A DNA stretch of 64,000 nt from Antedon mediterranea (taxonomy: Eukaryota > Animalia > Echinodermata), in the NCBI RefSeq assembly GCF_964355755.1, contig NC_092680.1, positions 3,658,001 through 3,722,000 on the forward strand, given 5' to 3'. The notes below the pieces were generated by a model. It was not told the origin of the DNA. It worked only from the letters and a program-made list of their open reading frames with translations, and ran no database searches. Positions within the stretch are counted from its first letter, which is position 1; each line of letters opens with the position of its first letter. Of the stretch, positions 1 to 10,994 are shown piece by piece. The position numbers and the translations under genes are program-made.

Positions 1-169
1 ACTCCTACTTTTGGCTTTCTTCTAATGCCATCTGTCCCACAATTATTGATGACTTTTGATTACTATAAACTTGCAGTCACTATACGAATACTGACAAGTT
101 TGTCATTTAAAATGTCCTGGTTGCCAACAAGATTGTGTTTTATTTAATGCGACACTTTTTCAATTTCAG

Positions 170-2649
170 GCTCGTATATGGACGGTGTACAGTTGAGGAT
201 AGGGGAACGTTTCAAGCAGTCACAACGAATAACACTACCAATAAATTATATAGAAAGAAATGCTAATAATAATGATTTTTCCAGATTTGAGGTAAGTCTT
301 TGAAAAACCCAGTTTGTAAAATAACTGGCTTAGGCTTCCTTCATGATAATAGGGAGATTTATGAGAGTATCATGGTATTTAAATCGTCCACCTCTGGTAG
401 TACAGGAGTAAGTTTGTCAAAGCAGAAATTACAGGTATATTAATATTCTACACATTTTAGTAGGATTAATTAATTACTATTATAACATCTTTGTATATAC
501 CAAAAACGGTAAATCTTTTCAATTATCAATTTCAGTATAATTTTGAATTGGAGAACAGTGTTCTGAGAAAAGCTGAAGAAAGACGTTTGCAAGAGGAACA
601 AAATAAATTAAAAGAAAAACAAAAAATAGCTCTTCAAAGTGAAATGAACAATGCAAATTCCGAGGTTAAATCTGTATCCAATGAAAATGGACAAAGAGCA
701 GAAGCAGGGTCACATCAGGTATCAAATGGACTTGCACAAGAACCAGTTTTGATGATCCAACCAAGGCCAGCTATGCTAGGCATGGACATACTTACGCCCA
801 CCCCTCTTGCTAATGCGGCTAATGCGCCAAAAACTACGGTCTTTGAGAAGCCGTTAATAGATCTAGCAGATTTTGAAAGTAGAGCAACGGACCCATTTGA
901 AATGACTGAATTGAAAACGCTTAATGATATGGAAGAACTCAGAAGCGTTCTTGAGCAGACTCTTCCAACTTCAGATACTACGTTGGCAAATGATACGCAG
1001 CCAACACGGCAGGGAAGGCAGGAGGAAGAACACACAACTGAGAGTGAATTGGTAGTGGAACCAATCCACAATAATGTAGATCAAGCTCCGCAATACACTA
1101 TACCAGTAGAGATGAACACATCTGGTGAGGCCAATGGTGGCATGATGAACTACCCAGCAGCATCCACCACACCATATCCAATCTTGCAGAATCCTTCGCA
1201 ACAAACATCCAATACTCCTGCGTATGTCTACAAAGAGGATTCATTTGCCAGAAGAACCCCGCTTCCGCCAATTTCTCCCAATTGTCAAAATTATGCTGAT
1301 ACTTATCAAGACCCAGATATTGAAGATGATAAATATATTATAAATTTTAATAGAACTGGTATGTCTACAACAAGTAATATAGACTCAGTTAGTTGCAGAG
1401 CTGGAACGTCAATGGGAGTAGTTGAGGTGCCACCCAGCTTTCCAATGGTAAGTTTAGTATTCATCGCCTAGGTTGGATTTAAGCTGGAGCTTTCCAGAAC
1501 ATTATTCTGTACTCTGGCATATATTTGGCTACATCTAACATTTACTTGTAAGCTTAATTTGTGGCAAGCCCAGAGCACAACACCGATCATTATCTAATCA
1601 TCAAACAAAAAATGGGCTGGCCTACATTACAATTACAAAAATTCTATCAATTATTTACTCACTGGAAAATGTGTACACATGCATTATCGGAATATACATA
1701 TATTTTTTCCTTTAAAAAATTCCAGATTGGTTTTTTTTCTTGATCTATGTAAATAATACAGAATCTGATCATTTAATATAACATTCTGTTTTCCTTTTTT
1801 CTGCTATAAATTTTGATTGACATTTTTATTTCATATAGAATCTTAATAAATACTCCTGTTTACCACCTAAATCAGCAAGCCCTGCTTTACAATCAGACGA
1901 TCCACAACAACACCCACTATTTATGTCGCTAGACACTGAAAAACAACACTTTGTAAAGTCAATAGCAGCGATGGGCTTTCCTCTACTACGAGTGGCCAAG
2001 GTGGTTGAAAGAAACGGCTGTGACTCGGAACTGGTAAGTGTTCTTCATTTAATATTCATATAGCGATTCCAGACCTCCCAACGCTCCTGATATATTGATA
2101 ATTGTTGGTCCGAGATTTCATTTTGGTGGGACGTTGTGTGATGTTTTTTAAGCATTATTTTAATGATTGTTAATTCATAATGTTGTCAGGTTGTTGAGAC
2201 TCTATGTGCAATACAGAGGCTGTGTGATAAAGGCTATCTGGACACCAAGGTTGAGGACGTCCTGAACCTAGTGGACAATGATGAACAAAAGGTAAAACAA
2301 TAATGTCATTTAAATGGGAAAAAAGTCAACAAGAACCGTTTATTTTGTCTTTTATATAAACAAACTCATTATTTTTTTACTGTAAAGTGAATAAAGTTTG
2401 ATTTTATTCATCTTTATTTTTCATGTTTTGGGCATGGAGGAATTTTTTATAATAATAATAATGTTTTGATACAATTTATAGAATAATAGTGCTTTAAAAT
2501 CTTTTATTTCTTGCCAGGCATCAGAGTTTTTAAGGTTAATAAATCAATTTGAGACGCTTGGTTTTCAAACAGAAGACATAAAAAAACAGTTGATAGTTGT
2601 CGGAACAGATGAAGACAAGATTTTAGATGCATTAACAAAAACATCATGA
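170..2649 (+). CDS. UBAP1: Ubiquitin-associated protein 1 (ESCRT-I subunit), 5'-partial; exons 170-291, 536-1447, 1839-2033, 2190-2291, 2518-2649
   Basis: All introns are GT-AG with consistent phases. SYMDGVQLRIGERFK..ITLPI..FE|YNFELE matches the UBAP1 UMA domain. The middle has the DLADFE..DPFE..ELKTLND..EL motif. C-terminal SOUBA UBA repeats (MGF, KGY, LGF). Stop TGA 2647-2649. The start exon is upstream of the window. Confidence 0.93.
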
Positions 2650-3750
2650 TGACTACTGTATGTTATACTTCACTTGTATCATGATAGCAGCCATGAAATG
2701 ACACTGTTTATGGGTCCATGTCATTTTTAAATAGTAAGCCAACATGTTGACAGCCAAATTTGACAATCTGGATACGACAGACTGGTGGTAGCAAATTCCT
2801 ACAATTTTAACATAGCAATCTATCTATCTAGTTAATGGTTGGTTTAATAATCCAGATCTGGAGCTTTTCGTCATATGTGTAATCTGAATTGCGCATACCA
2901 GATAGACTGATCAGAGACACATTGTGATTTCTGTTTCGTCCATTAACTTATGTATTCCTTCTTCGTCAATTTAGCAGTATTGTATGTATTCAGACCATGT
3001 CTTTGGATAAATCTATCTGGATAATCTATCTATATTTATAATCTATATGGATAATCTATATTGATAATCTATCTGTATTATTTTGATAACTTATCAAGAT
3101 TATCTATATTATTGATAATCTATCTGGATAATCTCTCCTACTAGAGTACACTGGGTCAAATGGCCAAGCACTGAGGCTGCATGGCTAGGAGTTGAAAACT
3201 CTATAGCTACAATATTGGTAAAAACAAACCGACAAGGGACCAACTACAGTACGATCAGTCATAGAGACAAGTTCAATAGACAAAGCAGCTTTAAGAATTT
3301 ACAAATCGCAAATTTAAAATCGGTTTCCTTCCTTTTCGATTAATAACACAAATTGAAAACTCGCTATCAACTTTCAGTAGACAGAAGTTGGTGCTAAACA
3401 AAATTGGAAACTAAATAAAATTAATATTGTAATATCAACTTTTTAAAATTATAATGCATTCCTCTATTATTAATATTTTTTTAGAAATGGAATAATCAGG
3501 ATTATTTTTTTCATGTTTATGAATAATGTACAGTTTAGTACCACACAGAAATAACATTACTAAGTCATACAAAACAATAACTTTTGGTTATAATTTATAG
3601 TTGCATGTACTGTAAAATTGCTTACTATGAATGTAATTATTAATTATGCTTTAAAAAATTAACAATAACATATCTTTCTACATAAATTAAATGAAGGAAA
3701 AGCAGGACAGTTTAGGGAATTTGCATTGGTTTAAAAAAGAACAGATAATT

Positions 3751-3838
3751 AAGCTCTGTCCACACTATCAAAAATGTGACATGTCCATATTTGGGCACAC
3801 TTTTTTCATCAAAATTGTTTGATAGTGTAGACAGCTTT
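3751..3838. mobile_element. MITE family A (Harbinger-like), short copy in UBAP1 3' region
   Basis: Terminal inverted repeats AGCTCTGTCCACACTATCAAA ... TTTGATAGTGTAGACAGCT. Confidence 0.75.
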
Positions 3839-4959
3839 AGGTTAAGAGGGTATTCAAATATATATATATACAGTACATGCTTAATAGTATGTTATGCACG
3901 CATGTTTTAATTTCTGCAACAATTATAGTTGCAGTTGGTTATTATTATCATACATAGATACTTCTATGTATGGATGAAATTGGGAAATATAAATATATAA
4001 ATTATATAATACAATTATTTTAACCAATACTTGGATTAGAAATTTGAATAAAATAGTCAATTCAATTATTGTTAATGGTGTCAATATAGTACCTGGAGTT
4101 CATTTTGTTATTTAGAATTTGTCAAATTAACTAACAAAGTTTAAAAAAAATAATATCCCAATTAAATTCCTCTCACAAATAAAATGGTTATAATCATTGG
4201 CTTCTGTACATGTCGTTATTGCTGTAAATATTTGTAAAATGTCTGTATAAGAACATTTCATAGGTAGAAAATGTGTATATAAAAAAAATCAACATAAAAT
4301 TTATTATCAAATTTAACAAGTTTAATTATTTAACAGAATATATAGTACACATTATATCCACCACCTTTTCTATTAGAGTTTTATATTTTTGTTTTAATCA
4401 TGTTACTACCCTTTATTCATATGAAAGTTTTAATAATAATATTAAAGATACAATTTTGTTGTGGAACATATAATTTGTTTATTATTAAAAAATATGATTT
4501 AATGTATTTGTTCAGTATCATTGAAATATAATTATCATCATCATTATGGCTATTGGTACAGTTAACTATGCATATAAATTTTCTATGACCACAGTTGGCC
4601 ATGCCAATAGCCAATATTTAGTGTATATAATAATATATAGATGGCTATTGGTACAGTTAACTACGCGTATAAATTGTCATTTTCTATGACCACAGTTGAT
4701 CATGTGAATAGTCAATATAGTGTAGTGGCTATTGAGGTGGTGGACATGGTCCTTAATTTTATTGACAGGTATTTAGGTGATATATACTGTGCCGATAGAA
4801 GATGCTATTACAAGAATGGTTGACTGTGCGAATAGCCACTTCCATTTATAGCAGGGAATGCTCTTTCAGTCTCTGAATGGAAATACAAATTTGCATTCAT
4901 GATAGTTACAGTGTAAATACTAAATTTGGTAAAATACTGTGCTATAGTCACTTATCATT

Positions 4960-7482
4960 CTATTCTTTAGAGCCAGAATCTTTTGTACATATGTATATAA
5001 TTTTATCTGAATCTGTTTGTGTTTTCACACTGAAGCCAGCCCCTTGAATCAATTCCATTGCCTTTTCCATACCCCATGCAGCACCCAGCCCCTCACCACC
5101 TTCAAAATACATTGAGCCAGGTACACAATATAGCATGCTGAACATATACTTCTGTACAGCGTAATTAATGTGCACATTTTCAGAATGTTTTGTATGTAAA
5201 TTTAAATCCATGATAACGCCCATCCCAGATGTTTTTTGAACGCGGTGGAACTCACTTAATCCTTTCTTAGGATGGGCTAGATCATGAACTACATTATGAC
5301 AGAAGACAAAGTCAAATTTTTCATCCCATTCTTTTGGAAGTTCTTCAATGTTTTGCACTTGAAATGTCACATTACATATGTTTCTTTCCTTTGCTCGTCT
5401 TCGTCCGGTCTCCAATTGCTCAGAGACAAAGTCAACTCCAATGAAGTGAGACTTGGGGAAATGCTCTGCCAGTAGCAGCGTGGAGTCGCCTGCTCCACAG
5501 GCCAAATCTATCACCTCTGCTCCATTCTCTAGTATTATAAAGACAAAAATTATTTTTCGTTTAATAAACAATTTTTTCCAAATAATGAGTTTGTTAAAAG
5601 GGGACATCTACGTATGTACATTAAAGTCTATTTTCTACTAGACAAATATATACGCACAAATCGAACATTCCTAAACTGTGATTGGTTAAATTTTGTTTGC
5701 ATCACTAAACGTAGATGAAAACATGAATATGTATGGGCATTAGTCGACAACTTCTGTTCGTCCCTAGTGGAAAACAGGCAATAATAATTATTTATTTCCA
5801 CAAATAATAGAACAAAATACAGAGTAACATAATAAAAATACAACCAATAATGAACATACTGATATAATAATAATGGCAACCTTTCACAGATGTTTCTCTG
5901 AGCATGTGCAGAATGACTATTCTACTTAACAGCTACGTAGTCAAGTGGCATGTCATGTGACAAAAGGTCAAAGTTTATATATTGTAATACATGCAAGGTT
6001 CAGTTACAGATTATTTTCATAGTGACACCTCCCCCAGTCAAATGCATTATAGTCTCTCAATTCATAGTGACACCACTATATCTACATCACTTACCAAGTA
6101 ATTTAGAAGCGCCCTCAATATTTTCTATATACGACAGGAGCTTGAAGTTAAATTTCATGCAATTGATTTCTGATTTTTGTCTTGCAAAGTCCAGATAGAA
6201 GTCTTGAGCTACACCTGAAAAACAAATGTATACTAATCACTATAACATAAAGTTCCAAGACCTATAAATAATAGGCGAGTTTAGTAAAGCTTCGCGTGTG
6301 GTACTGCTTCTTAATACTTATGTCCTTTGGGAATATAACTGTCTAAAGGCGTGGTGCAATTACAGCCTTACCTGTTGGTCCATCCTTTGGAAAGCAGGTT
6401 TTAACTTCTTCTCTAACCATATACAGCTTAGGTAGTAACTGCATGCTCTGTACACATATGGATTTGAAGTCTTTAGTGTTGAAATAATCACGACGATGTT
6501 CAGGTAGCAAGTAGGATTCAGTGGTCGGGTCTATGTCAACAATGCCACCCATTGTCAATGCCCCAAGCAGTTCCTTTACATATCTAAAAACAAGAATATT
6601 ATAATCATTGAAAATTTTATAACATTTTAGAGGGACTACATGCCTTTTAAATTGATTTGTGCTTCTAAGCATTGAATCGAAGTATGACTATACATCAAAG
6701 AACTCGTACTGTAGGTGCGTTTGTAAACTATCTTATTAAAAAGTTTTGATATAAATAGTTGCAGTACTGAAACCAATACAAATCTGGCTATAAGGTTTAT
6801 CGCAAATACCTTGATTTCGCAAGACACGTCATTGCACAATGCATGATGGGAAGGGTTTGGAAGCAATAGCGCCACCGTATAATACAAACTTAATATACTG
6901 GTGGTGGCGCTATTGCTCCCAAACCCTTCCCATTATGCATCGCTCGCGCAATTTGCGATAAACCTATTTCCTGGTTATTTTTCATTGGTGACCAAATAAT
7001 TATTATGATATATAAACACAACAGCACAGAACATGAAATCTAAATTTCCCAGTGACATACTGAAATTTAATTAATTTAAAATGATAAGATGAGGAAATTT
7101 GTGAGAATGAGAAAAAGTCGAACCCGGAACCTTCTGCTTGATATGCAGATGTCCTAACCATTAGACCAGTGGGCTATTGTTCAAACACGATTGGATAGCG
7201 AATCTTTAACCCACTCAGCGTGCTACGGCGGAACAGCACTAGTCCCTTAATTGTACGCCAGAGCAACAAAGATCAAATTGATATGTTTAAAGGACATCAA
7301 CATTACCTTGGTTTTAATTTGGATGCATCCGCTATTTCCTCATAAGTCTTATGTTTATCGAAGGTGCTTAGAATTTCAAACAAACCAACTTCTACTGCAG
7401 TAATGATTGCAATGTTCGTCATGGAACTGTTAAACATTGTGTTTAGCCTAGCTGCAAACATCTCTCCTGTTTCTTTACTCAT
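4960..7482 (-). CDS. Class I SAM-dependent methyltransferase, Rv2258c-like (winged-HTH N-terminus plus methyltransferase domain), ~358 aa; exons 7482-7307, 6583-6372, 6214-6095, 5528-4960
   Basis: The spliced frame is open (1077 nt): MSKETGEMFAARL..GLFEIL..EEIADASKLKPR|YVKELLGALTMGGIVDIDP..SYLLP; motif I VIDLACGAG; FDFVFCHNVVHDLAHP; C-terminal SMLYCVPGSM..GGEGLGAAWG..AGF typical of the Rv2258c family. GT-AG at every junction. Confidence 0.9.
6791..6968. mobile_element. Fold-back (palindromic) MITE in methyltransferase intron
   Basis: Ends GGTTTATCGCAAAT / ATTTGCGATAAACC. Inner arms ATGCATGATGGGAAGGGTTTGGAAGCAATAGCGCCACC / GGTGGCGCTATTGCTCCCAAACCCTTCCCATTATGCAT are near-perfect reverse complements. 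Confidence 0.75.
7113..7174 (-). pseudogene. Degenerate tRNA-like sequence (tRNA pseudogene or SINE head)
   Basis: Minus strand has A-box TGGTCTAATGG and B-box GGTTCGACT at tRNA spacing, but no 3' acceptor stem. Confidence 0.5.
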
Positions 7483-8282
7483 TTTTCTAAATCTAAAAGA
7501 ATAATTAATTAAAAATGGATAACAAATACAAATTACAGCATGGTTTATTCGGATAATTGTTAATAAATTCTAAATCATTGACAACAATAAATTGACAATA
7601 TATAATAATAATCTTTTTCGCCGCTCTTTACCAAAAGGTCTCACAGCGCTTACAATTAAAAAAAGTTGGGTTTTAAGAACAGATAAAATCAATTGAAGTA
7701 GTAATTATGTTTTCATTTGACCATTTCACGAATCTAGAGCATAATTACCCCCTATAGGTAGGATGAGGTATTTAAATTCAACTTGTAAAATAATTAAAAC
7801 AAAAATACCACAAGCAACAGCAAGTATCAGCAATAAAAACTTTATTATATAAAAATCAAACATATTTAATGTCTTGAAATATTTATTTATACAGTATTAG
7901 TAACTTAAGTTTCATGCATCAAGATTTCGGTCACATTTTGCTATAGAAAGCAGTAGTATTTTACAAATATAACAATGTTAATGTAAACTTTCTCTTTTTG
8001 CTTGAATATACTGTTAGTATTAATATAGTTTTCAAAATCAATGACCTAAAAATGTTTTTTGTTTATGGCAAACGACAATGTCAATAGTTTTACATTCATC
8101 TGAATGATGGATGAAACTAAGCCTGTTTAAAGCACCTTAATTGCTCCTAACATTGATAAAGGTCTTCTCGCATCCAGTGCTCACCTTGACCAGAGGAGAG
8201 GCATAAGCCAATACTAGATGCAGGGGCTGTCAAAAGAGTCAGCAGTGCTGATTTCAAATGCCTAATGAAATCCCAGCTCCAT

Positions 8283-8384
8283 ATACAGCACCCGATATTG
8301 CCAGAGGGTATGTCATCCAAGCTCTAAACAGGCCCAACGTTGCTTAACTTCGGTGATCTGACGAGAACCAGTGGTAATGTCGTA
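8283..8384 (-). pseudogene. 5S rRNA-derived sequence (pseudogene or head of a SINE3-type element)
   Basis: Minus strand reads TACGACATTACCA-CTGGTTCTCGTCAGATCACCGAAGTTAAGCAACGTTGGGCCTGTTTAGAGCTTGGATG..CTGGCAATATCGGGTGCTGTA. This is colinear with metazoan 5S rRNA, with an internal deletion and substitutions. Confidence 0.8.
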
Positions 8385-10360
8385 TAAAAAAAATAAGACC
8401 TAAAAATATAAATACTCAAATGACCTTTGACATGCAATTTTTTTTCACTGGGTCGACCAAAGTTCAAAATATTGTTGGTATTAATGATAAATCAATATTA
8501 AACTGTGGAACATGATTGTTCAAGATATATTGTCCCCCTAAAATTTTTTTTTTTAATATGCCATTTATTTTACGGTCACATAACAGTTATTTATCTATTC
8601 ACTTTCACAAAATGGCCTATTTAAAGTCTGATTTATTAATCTTCATTTTTCATGTTTTTGGGGGACAATACATCTAGTTTAATAAATAATTAAGGTGATG
8701 GAATTTTATTTACCTAGCAAAAAGTGACCACAAAGTACTGTTTGAGATAAAAAATAGAGAAAGTAGCTTTAAAAAATCTCTTTACTTCAGCTTTTGATGC
8801 TTGTACTTTCTCCTGGTAAAGAATATGGCCGTTCTTTAAGTCTTCAGCAGCAGTTGGCAGTTCTGAAAACATCTTTAAAACCTGATACTGTTTCCCATGT
8901 CTCATAGTGATATTGTTTTTCCTCTTTCTCTTCGGCATTATCAAACTGTCAATTTTAAAATGATACAATAAATATTGACGATTTAATTTGGCATTTACCG
9001 ATATTATTATTGTATGGCATATAATTTTAGTTATTTTATCATATTATTAATTTATATCTTTAATGGCTTAAACTAACATTACATCACCACGCTGTATAAA
9101 CTTTCACTCAAATGTATATCTTGTACTTATCAGATAACATTATTGCAAAAAGTATTACATTAAAAGTACAATGACAACAGACCAATCAGATGACTTATAC
9201 CTAACCATGTGACTCAAAAGAGTCTTGTTGAAGCATTAATATCTATCAAACCCTTTATTTTTCTTTTAAATAGTTTATATGAACTTAAACTAAAAATATT
9301 ACTAATTTAGAAAGAACTATGTGTCATGTTTTTTGAGAATTGTTACAGGTTTAGCCTATGTATACATCAAGTCTGAAGAAGCTGATTGTGAATTTAATTC
9401 AATAAATATTCTTATAAATACATTAAAATAAACTTGATTATACAATTATAAAAATAATACTCACAATTCTCAGAAAAAAAGGTAAGAAAAAAGTTGAGTA
9501 CTGTATGTTATACCGATCTCAGCAAAATGTGTGGCAACGCAATGTAAAATACTAAATTTGTATTTTAGTGAACGTGTGACTCAAGCAATCACATTTTATG
9601 CAAATTAGTAGAAAAAATGCCTTAAAATTATATCCCTTTTACATCGCCTACCAAAACTCTGGAGTTTTAGTAGTGACGTTGTAAATTGGTCATGATTGTG
9701 AAACTGCGCAAGAAAATTCAAATTGCACATAACATTATTACCATATTACACCAAAAAAAAAAAAAACACTACCCTCAATAATACGCAATAAACAAACGCT
9801 TCCATAAAAACCCTCTCGAATTAAATACAAACATAGCCTACGTACGGAATTACATGCGATTGCTAGGTAAATATTAATGCACGATGCTTGGTAAAACTAA
9901 ACATTAAAATGCTGATTGCGTGATGTACTAGGCCTATATTGTGATGCAAACCTACTGCTATTATATTATTGCAGTTACACTGATCCAACTGTTTTGACAT
10001 TACACGTTGACTACCCCTCCCACTTTAGGTCACGTGGTTATCCATCATCACTGCACTGGCCTTTTTGGAAGCATGCACACACCAAAGGGCCAGGCCTACT
10101 CTAGCGCACTGGACTGCTATCAGGGGCTGCCTGCCTGCCTAGGCTTTTAGGCCTACTCGTATTTCTAGGCCTACACAACAAGCAGAGCCTGAGAGCCAAG
10201 ATAAGTAAGGCTAAAACTGGGTTAAAAAACTTCTCGTAAATAAAATGTTACCTGCTTTGCTTTGCAAAAGTACGAACAATTTGGATTGAACAAAGTTTCA
10301 GACTCCGCCAGCACTTTTTCAGGTTTTATGAAAAATAAATGAAAGAAGCAAGTCCAAATT

Positions 10361-10413
10361 ATAGAGGGCGCTATAACATTCTGAACAATATTAAAACCAT
10401 AGAGGGCGCTATA
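10361..10413. promoter_or_regulatory. Two copies of ATAGAGGGCGCTATA (CTCF-core-like) at a putative promoter or boundary
   Basis: Exact 15-bp direct repeat at 10361-10375 and 10399-10413, just upstream (minus strand) of a donor CAG|GTAAC at 10252/10251. Confidence 0.4.
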
Positions 10414-10994
10414 CAGAAGTCTAAAGACATTTTACAATTTGTATAATTTAATTCAAGAAAGTCACACCAAGCTAGAACACAAACTATAATTCATAAATGT
10501 ACTTTTAATCTAGAAGAGTGATAAGTGTACAGTATTTTAATTAACCCTTTAATTAAATTGATAGAGATACCTCAGCAAGTGTGTTGATGAGTAAATCATT
10601 TGAAAACGAGATCCTTGTTAATACAGTACAAATAAAATATATTTAATAATAATTTATTTTATTTAATTAATAAATGGATAAAACATCAACTCGTCCGATT
10701 TTGTATATACATTATCAGTTATATTGGCGCCTGACTACAATATTCCTGTAATGAACTATGGAGGTCTACTTTCATCATAACACAAAGAGAATAGTAATCT
10801 CCTTTACTCAAGGCGATTTCCATACAATGTCATTCTCTTCTTTGTAATGTTCTCTTTCAGTCTCTACACCAACATAATGATGTCATACCACTACCATATT
10901 TGGTTATATCACTACCATATTTGGGCATATCACACTCTCTTTGTCAAACTAGTTTGATAGTGTAGACATGAATACTTCAACTCGACTATTTTCA

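Noticed and set aside
491-1471. 326-aa ORF as a standalone gene
   Set aside because: It is UBAP1 exon 536-1447 with intronic read-through at both ends; the overlapping minus-strand ORFs are antisense shadows.
8283-8384. Functional 5S rRNA gene
   Set aside because: Internal deletion of about 10 nt near the 5' end, altered C-box region and no oligo-T terminator.
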